From positions 1-55,754 of the forward strand of contig JAHFGX010000003.1 of NCBI GenBank assembly GCA_023247215.1: 55,754 nucleotides of DNA, given 5' to 3'. The notes beneath the pieces were generated by a model. That model saw only the letters and a program-made list of their open reading frames with translations, ran no database searches and was not told the DNA's origin. The translations under genes were made by a program, and so were the position numbers. Shown here piece by piece: positions 30,740-39,996 of this stretch (positions are counted from its first letter, which is position 1; every line of letters begins with the position of its first letter). Origin of the DNA: Candidatus Omnitrophota bacterium (GTDB lineage: Bacteria > Omnitrophota > Gorgyraeia > Aquiviventales > Aquiviventaceae).

Positions 30740-31811
30740 ACATTCGGATCGCCGTCCAATATAGCCAGAGGAGGGGATTACCCAAGTACCGTAAGACCGG
30801 GTTGTCAATTTCCGAAAACAAAATCCTTCCCTCGAATTTCCCCACGATTTCTTTGTCTTTCCTGGCGCGCAGATGGCCGATCTCTTTTCGGCGCGCCCTG
30901 ATCAGCCGCCAGGTGTCGGGCGCCAGGAAGTGCCGCCACAGCCGCACGCGAACTTGCCCCCAGCCTTTCGCGAGGAAAAAGATGCTCATGACCGCTTCTG
31001 AGAAGACCAGGCAGGGCAAGATCAAGACGAGCGTGCGCAGCTTTTCAAGCGTGAAGATCGTCATGAGGCGGTTGCGGTCCAGGTAGAAGAGCATGTCGAG
31101 CGGTTTGGGGAAGGTGTATTTGTGGTGGCAGATGGAGGCGTCCACCACCCCGACGTTGTATCCGGCAAGCCGGGCCCGCCAGCAAAACTCCAAATCGTCG
31201 TGGTACATGAAGTACTCGTCCCGAAAGAGCCCGATGTGCTCGAAGACCTGCCGTTTCACCAGCATGGCCGCCCCGCTGACGTAATCCCCCGGCAGGGCGG
31301 TGGGCACGGGACTGTTTTCTTGCCCGTAGTTGTCGCAATAGCCATACCCAAGGAATTGGATCCGGTTGCCGAGGGAGTTGATGCGGGTGGTGCCGTGCAG
31401 CAGGATCTTGGATTGCAGGATGTGGAGATCCGGGCAGTCATCCGCGGCCTTCACCAGGGTTTCCAGCCAGTACGGATCCACCACGGTGTCCATGTTCAGC
31501 AGCACCAGATATTCGAATCCCTCGGCCAGCGCCACCTTGAGGGCCCGGTTGTTTCCGCCGCTCCATCCGAGGTTGCGGGCGTCGTCAAAAAAGCGAGCGG
31601 TCGGCGCAATGTGCGCGGCGAGCTGGGTTCCGGCTTCCGTGGCCTCGTTGTTGATGATGAAGACGGCGAAGTATTCTTGCGGGTAGGTTTGGGCGCAGAG
31701 GCTCGCGTAGCACTCGGCGAGGTACCGTTGCGCGTAGTCCCCGTGGTTCACGAGGATCACGGCGGCCCGGGGCCGCATCACTACGCCATTCCCATTGGTT
31801 TCGGCGCCCAT
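30726..31811 (-). CDS. Glycosyltransferase family 2
   Basis: NLGWSGGNN, LLNMD, SGAAML, YFMYHDDLEFCWR. Confidence 0.88.
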   Translation of the reverse strand: MGAETNGNGVVMRPRAAVILVNHGDYAQRYLAECYASLCAQTYPQEYFAVFIINNEATEAGTQLAAHIAPTARFFDDARNLGWSGGNNRALKVALAEGFEYLVLLNMDTVVDPYWLETLVKAADDCPDLHILQSKILLHGTTRINSLGNRIQFLGYGYCDNYGQENSPVPTALPGDYVSGAAMLVKRQVFEHIGLFRDEYFMYHDDLEFCWRARLAGYNVGVVDASICHHKYTFPKPLDMLFYLDRNRLMTIFTLEKLRTLVLILPCLVFSEAVMSIFFLAKGWGQVRVRLWRHFLAPDTWRLIRARRKEIGHLRARKDKEIVGKFEGRILFSEIDNPVLRYLGNPLLWLYWTAIRMFIVW

Positions 31812-31812
31812 C

Positions 31813-33015
31813 TTATTGCGTCATCGCGTGGCGCAGATGGGCGCGGAGCCGATGGCCTGCATGCTCTGCCGTCCAGAATTCCCTGACGGCTTCCACACCA
31901 CGTTCGCCCAGCCAGGCGCGTCGCGCCCCGTCTCTCAGCAAGGTGGAGATGGCATTCGCGAACACGCCTTCATTCCGGTCGGTCAGCACGCCGGTCTCGC
32001 CGTCCACGATCGCCTCTTGGAACCCGCCTTCTTTCACCGCGACGACCGGTGTTCCGCACGCCATGGCCTCGAGCGGCGCGAGGCCGAACGGCTCAAGATG
32101 CGGGGCGTACACAAACAATCGGGCCCGATTGTGCAGTTGGACTAATTCGTCGTCAGAAGGCAAGACCCGAAGATCCAAGCGCACGTCCTGCTCCTTCGCC
32201 AGCCGCTGGAGGTAACGTTGCCAGGGCCAATACACAGCGTTTGAAGCGATCACGAGCCGTGGTCGTCTGCTGGGTTCAAGCAGGCCGAGCGCTTTCACGA
32301 GGAACTCATAGCCTTTTGACAGTCCCAGGTGCCCGACGGAGAGGACATAGTTCTCACGTGGCAAGTTTAGCGGACGAAAGGTTTCGGTATCGATTCCTAA
32401 GTAGCAGACAGTCGCGTTGACGCCATAGGCGCGGGAAATAACCTCTTTGGAGAAATGAGAGTTGGCGAGGATGTGTTTCGCATGAAGCGCATTCTGCCGG
32501 TCGATTGGAGGAACCTTTCGTCCAGCATACCAGAACCCAAGGCGGCGTGCCAGGCCCGTCACCCCTCGATACGACTGGCTCAATGTTCTGAGAATCGCTT
32601 CATTGAAGCGGCACGGTTGTTGACAGTAATAGATGTGCGGGGTGTCGAGGAATTTGAGGAGGAATGGCGACATCGTATAACGGTCTTGCTCGATCAACGC
32701 GATGTCGTACTCGCCGCCATCGATCGCCGCGGCCATCCGCTTCTGCGTTCGCTCGAGGTCGGCCAGTGGATACCGGTACGATCCGAGCGGCGGGAGATGC
32801 CTGATCGTGGAGGTGAAGGCTCCTCCGAGCGTTGGCTGCACGGGAAACACCCGCACCGTGCGCGCCCAGGTTTTCAAGCTGAGGAACCCCTCATCGGCCG
32901 TGGAGGGGATGAAGACATCGACGACCCAGCCTGCCTGCGCGAAGTGCTTGACGAATCCATGAAGGGCTCGCTTGGCTCCCCCGGACGGCAGGTTATGGAA
33001 AACCGCCACCTTCAT
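31813..33015 (-). CDS. Glycosyltransferase family 4
   Basis: SGGAKR, ANSHFS, EPFGLAPLEAMACGTPVV. Confidence 0.9.
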   Translation of the reverse strand: MKVAVFHNLPSGGAKRALHGFVKHFAQAGWVVDVFIPSTADEGFLSLKTWARTVRVFPVQPTLGGAFTSTIRHLPPLGSYRYPLADLERTQKRMAAAIDGGEYDIALIEQDRYTMSPFLLKFLDTPHIYYCQQPCRFNEAILRTLSQSYRGVTGLARRLGFWYAGRKVPPIDRQNALHAKHILANSHFSKEVISRAYGVNATVCYLGIDTETFRPLNLPRENYVLSVGHLGLSKGYEFLVKALGLLEPSRRPRLVIASNAVYWPWQRYLQRLAKEQDVRLDLRVLPSDDELVQLHNRARLFVYAPHLEPFGLAPLEAMACGTPVVAVKEGGFQEAIVDGETGVLTDRNEGVFANAISTLLRDGARRAWLGERGVEAVREFWTAEHAGHRLRAHLRHAMTQ

Positions 33016-34226
33016 GCGCGCGCGGTTTCCTCGTAGGTCCGAAGCGTCTCCCGGGCGGTCCGGTCCCAGGAAAACTGCTGGGCGCGCTGCTGACCCTTCT
33101 GCCCGAGCGCATCTCGAAGAGACTCGTTAGTAAGCAGTTGGTGCAGGGCGCCGGCTAGCGCTTCCGGGTCTTCAGGATTGACCGCCAGGCCCGCGTCGCC
33201 GATCACCTCTGGAAGCGAGGAGACGTTCGAAGTAACCACTGGGATCCCGCAGGCCATTGCCTCGAGCACGGGCAAGCCGAACCCTTCATACAGCGAGGGG
33301 TACACGAACACCGAGGCCCCGTTGTAGAGCTGGGGCAAATCCTGCTCGTCAACTGCTCCGGTGAGGACGATCGCGGATCGGAGCGGCGAGCGCTCAATTC
33401 GGCGATAGATCTCCTGGGTTTTCCATCCCGGAGCTCCCACAAGCACCAGGGGGGCCGGGGGGCGGCCGAGCCGGTGCGCCAAGCGCTCACACGCCTCAAT
33501 GAGCCGTGCAAGGTTCTTTCGCGGCTCAATGGTTCCCACGTAGAGGAGATAGCCCGGGGAGAGGTGATATCGGGAGAGCGTCGGCAAGATCTCTGCGTGA
33601 GTCAGAGGCCGGTAGCGGGTCGGATCGCACCCTGGGTAAATCACGCGGATGCGTTCGGGCGGGATGCCGTACTGCGTGATCAGATCGCGCTTCGTGTGCT
33701 GGGAGATGGCAATCACTGTGTGCGCTCGTGTCTTTGCAAACGTGAGTTTCCGAGCGTGTAATTGGATGTTGCCGTGGGTGTGGAATTTGGGGAAGAGCAG
33801 GGTGGTGAGGTCACACACGGTGACAACATGTTTCCCATCCCTGGGGCCCCATAAGAGGAGTTCTGATGAGTGAAAAATATCCAGGTCAGCCAGGCGAGGT
33901 TTGATATGGTAATGGAACCAGAAACGCACCCAGGCGTGAGTGATTGGTCTGAACCATTGCTTGACGGATGCTGGAGTTCTCCGGGTCAGTACGGAGGACC
34001 TCGGCGGAAGGGCCTGGCGACAGGAGATGCGGCGCAACCTCGATGCCAGGGAAGGGTCTGAGGAGGGAGGGATCGGCACCTCTTCTGGCAGAAGGGAAAT
34101 CAGGATATAGCGGTTACTCACATCGATCCGCAGAAGCGCCTCAACCAAGCAACGGGTGTACCGCGGCACGCCTCCCATTCCTGCGGATGCCGGGGTCACG
34201 TCGATTCCGATCTTCAAGGGGCGCAT
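33012..34226 (-). CDS. Glycosyltransferase family 4 (mannosyltransferase-like)
   Basis: [41 protein letters not shown]. Confidence 0.92.
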   Translation of the reverse strand: MRPLKIGIDVTPASAGMGGVPRYTRCLVEALLRIDVSNRYILISLLPEEVPIPPSSDPSLASRLRRISCRQALPPRSSVLTRRTPASVKQWFRPITHAWVRFWFHYHIKPRLADLDIFHSSELLLWGPRDGKHVVTVCDLTTLLFPKFHTHGNIQLHARKLTFAKTRAHTVIAISQHTKRDLITQYGIPPERIRVIYPGCDPTRYRPLTHAEILPTLSRYHLSPGYLLYVGTIEPRKNLARLIEACERLAHRLGRPPAPLVLVGAPGWKTQEIYRRIERSPLRSAIVLTGAVDEQDLPQLYNGASVFVYPSLYEGFGLPVLEAMACGIPVVTSNVSSLPEVIGDAGLAVNPEDPEALAGALHQLLTNESLRDALGQKGQQRAQQFSWDRTARETLRTYEETARA

Positions 34227-34271
34227 CGGCCTTGGAGTGTCCTGGGTGGTGTTGCCTAACCTGACCGGCCA

Positions 34272-34305
34272 TGTTAGAATTCCAGCAGGTAAATTTCTTA
34301 TTATA
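34272..34305. promoter_or_regulatory. Closely spaced opposite-strand -10 boxes for the flippase and GT4 operons
   Basis: + strand TG-T-TAGAAT (34272-34280); - strand TATAAT (34300-34305) in an AT-rich gap. Confidence 0.45.
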
Positions 34306-34347
34306 GCTCGTTGTCATCTGCGATAGCGCGAAATTACATCATCAGCG

Positions 34348-35874
34348 ATGGTCCCGTTCACGCATCAAGGTACCGGATTAGCCAGCCACTCCCCGCTGCC
34401 GGCCCGAATCGATCGTCAGGTGTGTGGGATGCTCTGCGCCCAGGCGGTTGAGAAACTCATCCTTGCCGTCTGTGGTATCGTGCTCATGCGCCTGCTCTCG
34501 CCGGTTGATATGGGTATGATGGGGCTCGGGTTGCTGTTAGTGGGACTTCTCAACTCCGTCGGGATCGGCATCGAAACAGCGGCCGTTCAGCTCCGCACGC
34601 CACGTGATCGCCGGATGCTCTTCAGCGCGTCTCTGGTACGCCTTATGGTCGGGATCGTTCTGTTTCTCCTCATCGTGACAGCCAGCGATCCCGTGGTGAG
34701 GTTCTTCGCTCACACCGTGGTCCCACACGCCGTCCTGAAGCGAGTGACCCGGATCGTCGCGGTATTGCTCGTGACCGAGGCCCTGTGCTGTTACCCGAGA
34801 GTTCTGCTGCAGCGCCAACTCCGATTCGGCCCGTTAGCAGTCGCGCAAGACCTGTCAGCGGCGTGTTATTCCATCTGCGCCGTGGTGCTCGCCTGGCAGG
34901 GTTATGCGTATTGGAGCTTGGTGTACGCGCTCCTGGCTTCCCAGGCATGTTTGGTCTTCTGTCTCTGGACCGTTGCCTGCCGAGAGCGACTGGCTCCGCG
35001 GTGGGATTACCATGCTGTGAGGAGGCTCTTCGCGTATGGCCGGCACGTCAGCAGTGCGGCGATTCTGGCGGCACTGACGACAAAACTCGGTGAGCTCATG
35101 GTGAGTCGCTGGTTTGGGACGGCAGCGTTGGGTGTATACCTGACGGGGTCGGCGTGGGCGAAATGGACTGATCTCAACGTGACCAATGTAGTCAGCCGCG
35201 TACTGTTTCCCAGGTACGTGCAACTGAGCGAGGAGGGAGAACGACTACGTGAGAGTGTGGAGCGGGCGCTCTTTTACGTGTACGCGTTGGTCTTGCCGAT
35301 CATCGGTGTGCTGGCTCTGTTTGTGTTAGACATCACGCACACGCTGCTTGGCTCACAGTGGCGGGTGATCTCCGAGCCGGTGAAGATTCTTTCCATTGCT
35401 GGGATGATGGGGCCGTTCATTAATCTCTACGGACACGCCTTGCTCGCCAGTGGTCGGCCGGAGTTGGTTCAAAAGTACTCCAAACTACATCTCATGCTCT
35501 TTGCGGGAGCTGTGTATCCGGCTGCGCAGATCGGCGGGCTCTTCGGAGTTTGTTGGGCGGCAGTACTCGCCGACCTTGGCGTGGTGGTGGCCGTGTCCCA
35601 GATGGGCAGGGAGGTGTTGGGCATTCAGCCGCATCGGGCGATTCGTGCGATTGCCGCACCTCTTGGATCGCTGATCGGGGCTGGAGGGCTCGCAGGGCTT
35701 CTGAGGGCGTTGTGCCCCGTGTCAAATGTGTCCACGTTGAGCTTGGAGGTTGGGTGTTTTCTTGGAATGTTCATCGGGATCTTGAACGTGTTGACCAGAG
35801 GCCGCGTGTTTCGGGAAGCACATGCTCTGCTGCGGCCAGTAGCCGCTCCATCGGTTTCCGGAACTGTCGCATGA
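34348..35874 (+). CDS. Wzx/WzxC-type oligosaccharide flippase
   Basis: About 12-14 hydrophobic segments; RLLSPVDMG, LQRQLRF, YWSLV, GTAALGVY, VLFP motifs. Confidence 0.8.
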   Translation: MVPFTHQGTGLASHSPLPARIDRQVCGMLCAQAVEKLILAVCGIVLMRLLSPVDMGMMGLGLLLVGLLNSVGIGIETAAVQLRTPRDRRMLFSASLVRLMVGIVLFLLIVTASDPVVRFFAHTVVPHAVLKRVTRIVAVLLVTEALCCYPRVLLQRQLRFGPLAVAQDLSAACYSICAVVLAWQGYAYWSLVYALLASQACLVFCLWTVACRERLAPRWDYHAVRRLFAYGRHVSSAAILAALTTKLGELMVSRWFGTAALGVYLTGSAWAKWTDLNVTNVVSRVLFPRYVQLSEEGERLRESVERALFYVYALVLPIIGVLALFVLDITHTLLGSQWRVISEPVKILSIAGMMGPFINLYGHALLASGRPELVQKYSKLHLMLFAGAVYPAAQIGGLFGVCWAAVLADLGVVVAVSQMGREVLGIQPHRAIRAIAAPLGSLIGAGGLAGLLRALCPVSNVSTLSLEVGCFLGMFIGILNVLTRGRVFREAHALLRPVAAPSVSGTVA

Positions 35875-35907
35875 GACGTTCCGCGGTCGTTGAGTGGGAC
35901 TAACTCC

Positions 35908-36915
35908 ATGTCGTTGGTCAGCGTCATTGCGCTCAATTGGAATCGGAAGGAGTTGCTTCGCGAGTGTCTTGAGTCGCTCGAGCGTCAAACGTTTCGGGAT
36001 CTCGAGGTCATCGTTGTGGATAATGGGTCAACCGATGGCTCCGTCGAGTTGGTACGGCAGCGCTTTGCCTGGACGCGGCTCGTGTCGCTTCCGCACAACT
36101 GCGGGTTTTCTGGCGGGAACAATATCGGGATCCGTCATGCCACGGGCACCTATATCGCCCTGTTGAGCAACGATGTGGTGGCATCTCCTGGGTGGCTCAC
36201 GGCCCTCGTCTCCACGATTGAGAAGTATCCGGAGGTTGGGTTCTGTGCGTCAAGGATCCTCTTCTATGATCAGCCGGAGCTTCTGAACAGTACTGGGATT
36301 CTCTATTTTCCAACGGGGGAGGCAATTGATCGCGGGTGGATGCAAATGGATGGGCCTCAGTTTAGTCAACCTGATTACCCAATCGGGGCCTGTGCCGCCG
36401 CCGCCCTCTATCGGCGCGCGATGCTGGAGGAGATTGGTCTGTTTGATGAGGAGTTTTCACCTGCCTACTACGAAGACGTGGACTTAAGCCTTCGCGCCCA
36501 GCTCCGGGGCTATCGTTGTGCGTATGTACCCGCGGCGGTCGTCCACCATCGCTTTGCCTCCACCATGGGGTACCGATCGCCTGAGCATGTCTACTTATGC
36601 GAACGCAATCGCTGGTATGCCCTCATCAAGAACGTCCCATTGCGGACCCTCATCAAATACGGACGGGTGATCGTAACCATCGCCAGACGGCGGCGCGTTG
36701 ATCACGTTCGTGCAGGGGAAGGGAGACCATTTGTGTCGGGACAACTGGCCGCGTTGCGCAAGCTTCCTCTCATGATGAGGAAGCGACGAGAAATCCAGCG
36801 GCGTCGCACCATCTCCGCCCGAGAGTTTGAAGCGTTACTCACCGTTCAACCTCAACCACTGCCTTCTCAAGCGCGCGTTCCAGGTTCTGGCGGGCCTCAG
36901 CCGAATCAGGCTTGA
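35908..36915 (+). CDS. Glycosyltransferase family 2
   Basis: VIALNWN, VDNGSTDGS, NCGFSGGNN, YYEDVDLSLR; alternative TTG start at 35890. Confidence 0.9.
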   Translation: MSLVSVIALNWNRKELLRECLESLERQTFRDLEVIVVDNGSTDGSVELVRQRFAWTRLVSLPHNCGFSGGNNIGIRHATGTYIALLSNDVVASPGWLTALVSTIEKYPEVGFCASRILFYDQPELLNSTGILYFPTGEAIDRGWMQMDGPQFSQPDYPIGACAAAALYRRAMLEEIGLFDEEFSPAYYEDVDLSLRAQLRGYRCAYVPAAVVHHRFASTMGYRSPEHVYLCERNRWYALIKNVPLRTLIKYGRVIVTIARRRRVDHVRAGEGRPFVSGQLAALRKLPLMMRKRREIQRRRTISAREFEALLTVQPQPLPSQARVPGSGGPQPNQA

Positions 36916-38479
36916 GCCGGACGGCTTCGGAGAACTGCGTGGCGGCTTCTACGAAGCGGTGCTGCTCTGCCAGGAGGACGCCGAGGTTGTTGTGGGCGTT
37001 CGCCAAGTCAGGCTGAAGCCTGAGCGTCTCGGTGTAGTGTCTCATGGCTTCTTGGGTATTTCCTTGCAGCCCAAAGACCATCGCCAGGTTGTAGTACGGT
37101 TCGGGGGCCTCAGGGGAGAGCTGAATGGCGTAGGTCAGGTGGGCCACGGCCTCATCGAGTCTGCGCTCTCGAGCCAGCGCCTTCGCCAGGTTGATATGAG
37201 CGCGCGGGTTGTTAGGGCGCTTGGCCACCGTATCGCTCCAAATGGAAAGATTGCTGTGATAATCAGCGTTTCGAAGAGCCGTGGCCAATCCTAGCGCGGC
37301 CACGCTGCCGACGACTAGAGCCGCTGACAGCGCGTGCCGTCGGCGAGGGTGGCGAGGCAAGAAACGCATAGAGAGCTCATACATGCCCAGGACGATTCCC
37401 GTGAGAACCGCAGCGAGGGGTAGGTACATTCGATATTCAGAGATCAGATCCGCGAGGGGGATAACGCTGGACGTGGGGGCCAAGATCAGGAAGAACCAAA
37501 CCCCCAAGAAACTGAGCGGCCGGTGACGCCGCCATCCCCACGCCGTTAACAGCAACGCGCTGCCAACCAACGAAGCGGGAAGCGCAATCTCTCTCAAGCT
37601 TCTCGCCGCCGGCCAGACGTAATCGAAGCAGAGGGGGTGCGGCCAGAGGGCCAGGCGAACATAGTGCACGAGAATGCCAGGCTGGGTCATGGCGTACGAC
37701 AGCGGCGTAAGACCAGGGATGCCAAATCCTGCCGAAGGATTCGCCATGGGGTGGATCTGCCGCAGGAGCAGAGGCGGGAGACTGCAGGTCACGACCAAGC
37801 CAAGGTAGAGCGTTCCACGATGGCGGAGTGCCTCCATGGTTGATCGGGCCAGGAAGCAACGGTCATACAGCAGCACCATCAGCGGGGCGGTGATCATGAC
37901 GGGTTTGCTCCCCATGCCGAGTGCGCATGAGACGACGGCCGCCGCATACCATCCCCAGCGGTAGGTGGCACCGCTGCCTCGCAAGACGCAATACAGGGTC
38001 AGGAGGTAGAAGAGCCCCATAAGCGACTCCGCCCGTTGCGTGAGGTAGGTCACGCTCTGGGTCTGGAGGGGGTGGGCCACCCAGAGCAACGCCACCGCCA
38101 ACGCGAGCCACGGAGCCGCGTGTCCGTAGCGGGCCCGCAGGCGCTCGCTCAGGAATGTCCGTCGGACGAGGCCAAAGAGCGCCAGGGCCGTCAGGACATG
38201 GATCACCAGGTTGACGACGTGGTATCCCCACACGTTGAGGCCGCCGAGGGCGTCATTGAAGGCGAACGACAGCTCCACCGTCGGCCGATGCGTGCCAGTC
38301 AGGAGCCACCCCATCGGCCAGGGGTGGCGGACATTGGGATTGTCGCGGATGACATGGTAGTCATCGAAGATGAACGGACCGGAGAAGCTGTTGTGGTACG
38401 CGGCGAGGCCGGCGATGATGATGGCCCATCCCATCTCGCGAAGCGCGGCGCGTTTCCGCTGATGACCAGCCGCTTGCAT
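36839..38479 (-). CDS. TMTC-like multi-pass membrane glycosyltransferase with C-terminal TPRs
   Basis: FIFDD loop after TM1, HRP, YHVVNLVIH, HPLQTQSVTY, SEYRMYLP, RNADY, then about 3 TPRs. Confidence 0.75.
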   Translation of the reverse strand: MQAAGHQRKRAALREMGWAIIIAGLAAYHNSFSGPFIFDDYHVIRDNPNVRHPWPMGWLLTGTHRPTVELSFAFNDALGGLNVWGYHVVNLVIHVLTALALFGLVRRTFLSERLRARYGHAAPWLALAVALLWVAHPLQTQSVTYLTQRAESLMGLFYLLTLYCVLRGSGATYRWGWYAAAVVSCALGMGSKPVMITAPLMVLLYDRCFLARSTMEALRHRGTLYLGLVVTCSLPPLLLRQIHPMANPSAGFGIPGLTPLSYAMTQPGILVHYVRLALWPHPLCFDYVWPAARSLREIALPASLVGSALLLTAWGWRRHRPLSFLGVWFFLILAPTSSVIPLADLISEYRMYLPLAAVLTGIVLGMYELSMRFLPRHPRRRHALSAALVVGSVAALGLATALRNADYHSNLSIWSDTVAKRPNNPRAHINLAKALARERRLDEAVAHLTYAIQLSPEAPEPYYNLAMVFGLQGNTQEAMRHYTETLRLQPDLANAHNNLGVLLAEQHRFVEAATQFSEAVRLKPDSAEARQNLERALEKAVVEVER

Positions 38480-38486
38480 GGGGGCT

Positions 38487-38492
38487 AGTATA
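38487..38492 (-). promoter_or_regulatory. -10 box of the TMTC-like gene (probably leaderless)
   Basis: Minus-strand TATACT 7 nt before the ATG; no Shine-Dalgarno. Confidence 0.55.
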
Positions 38493-38522
38493 CATGAACC
38501 GAACTCAAACGGGCATCAATGG

Positions 38523-38552
38523 TTGACAATCCCGCGCCGGCTCAGTTATACT
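38523..38552 (+). promoter_or_regulatory. Sigma70 promoter of the type IV filament operon
   Basis: TTGACA (38523-38528), 18-nt spacer, TATACT (38547-38552). Confidence 0.75.
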
Positions 38553-38594
38553 TTTTATTGTCAAAACTTAAACGTTGTTAGTGTTGGCCATTCA

Positions 38595-38727
38595 ACTGGC
38601 GAAAAGGCTAACCTCAGCACGACAGGATGCTGGTCCCGCCCGCGGTGTGGCGTGGGGGTGGGATGCCGGAAGGCGGGGGCGCAAAGCTGCGGGTCTCTTG
38701 GGTAGACAGCCCAGCTACCGAACCAGT
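38595..38727 (+). ncRNA. c-di-GMP-I (GEMM) riboswitch aptamer with an insertion in P2
   Basis: P1 ACTGG/CCAGT; AAGGCTAACC; GCC-GGAA-GGC GNRA loop; GGCGCAAAGC junction; P3 GCTGCGGGTCT...AGACAGCCCAGC; TACCGAA. Confidence 0.85.
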
Positions 38728-38736
38728 GCACGAGAG

Positions 38737-38771
38737 ACAGCCGAGCTGCGCACCAGGAGCCGGCTGTTTTT
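38737..38771 (+). terminator. Riboswitch-linked intrinsic terminator
   Basis: ACAGCCG...CGGCTGT stem followed by a T run, between the aptamer and the first pilin gene. Confidence 0.65.
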
Positions 38772-38808
38772 GCCGTCAAGGCAGGCAGAGGGAGGATGAC
38801 GACGTGAG

Positions 38809-39138
38809 ATGAGGCGCACAGGAGAACGGGGCATCGCGTTGGGGGTGGTCATTATTACCGCGGTCGTATTCTCGGTCGCGGCATTTGCGATTTTGACCTT
38901 GTCCATGGGTGGGGCGCAGCAAGCCGGATCATACGCCCGGCGGCTGAAGGCCCGCTACGCAGCCGAGGCGGGGCTGGTGTGGGCGACACAGCGCTTATGG
39001 GGGAACCCAACCTGGACGTCCTCAGCGGGCACGGATCTGGCCGTGGGCGGCATGAACGTGGACGTCACTCTGTCCGCGTGTCCGGCCCCGCCGGCCTCGT
39101 GCGACAACCGGCAACTGCAGGCGAAGGTGACGTATTGA
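38809..39138 (+). CDS. PilX/GspK-like minor pilin
   Basis: ERG-IALGVV class III signal without Glu+5; ARYAAEAG motif; GGAGG Shine-Dalgarno. Confidence 0.75.
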   Translation: MRRTGERGIALGVVIITAVVFSVAAFAILTLSMGGAQQAGSYARRLKARYAAEAGLVWATQRLWGNPTWTSSAGTDLAVGGMNVDVTLSACPAPPASCDNRQLQAKVTY

Positions 39139-39139
39139 G

Positions 39140-39565
39140 ATGGGGAGCTGCGTTCGCGGGTTTACCCTGATGGAGCTGCTGATCGTCGTGGTGCTGGTCG
39201 GCATTTTGGCTGCCGTCGGATATCCTGCGATGACCAAGGCGATGGAGCGAGCCTACTGGCGCGCGGCGCAGGATGTGCTCAAGACGATTTATGCGGGGGA
39301 GCGGACCTACTTTTTTGCGAATAACGCCTACTATAATGTGGATGAATCGGTTGCCGGCATGACGGAGTGGCGGAAAATCTACACGGATGATCCAAATCTT
39401 GGCTCTATTCCGGTCAAGTATTGCGTGACGGCTGCCGCGGCCACCACCTTTACCGCGTGGGCCTGCCGGAGTTCGACGGCTTGCAGTGCGGGATGCGGAG
39501 CAGAGAAGGGGATCTCCATCAACGAGGTCCGCACGATTGATACCAGCGATTGGCCAATGCCATGA
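39140..39565 (+). CDS. Type IV minor pilin (PilE-like)
   Basis: RG-FTLMELLIVVVLVGILAA prepilin motif; Cys-rich C-terminus. Confidence 0.88.
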   Translation: MGSCVRGFTLMELLIVVVLVGILAAVGYPAMTKAMERAYWRAAQDVLKTIYAGERTYFFANNAYYNVDESVAGMTEWRKIYTDDPNLGSIPVKYCVTAAAATTFTAWACRSSTACSAGCGAEKGISINEVRTIDTSDWPMP

Positions 39566-39576
39566 GGGGGGACGGG

Positions 39577-39996
39577 ATGAGACAGGTGCAGCGAGGAATT
39601 ACCTTGATTGAAATCCTGGTGGCGGCGGTGATCGCCGCCGTGGTCGTCGGGGGCACGATGACGGCGTTCCTCAGTGCCACCAAAGTGTCCAAGGTCTCTT
39701 CCGAAGAGGTGGGGAGTGCGGCGTACGCCCAGCAAACGATCGAGCGGTTTCGAAATAAAATCGCTTGCCGCCAGAGCACGGAACTCGCCACCGACACGTG
39801 GTTTGACAGCGCCTGCGCTCCGGCGGCGCCTTCGGGGTTGCAAACCGACGGCGATATCAGCGGCTCCGGAATCCCAGGGGCCACGCGTCAGTATCAGGTG
39901 GTCGCGATGGATTGCAACGGGGATAGCGATGCACTCGATGGCATTGACGATTGCTTGCAGATGACTTCCACGGTCCACTGGACGCCGGCCCAATGA
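39577..39996 (+). CDS. PilV/GspI-like minor pilin
   Basis: RG-ITLIEILVA; alternative ATG at 39562 overlapping the upstream stop. Confidence 0.82.
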   Translation: MRQVQRGITLIEILVAAVIAAVVVGGTMTAFLSATKVSKVSSEEVGSAAYAQQTIERFRNKIACRQSTELATDTWFDSACAPAAPSGLQTDGDISGSGIPGATRQYQVVAMDCNGDSDALDGIDDCLQMTSTVHWTPAQ

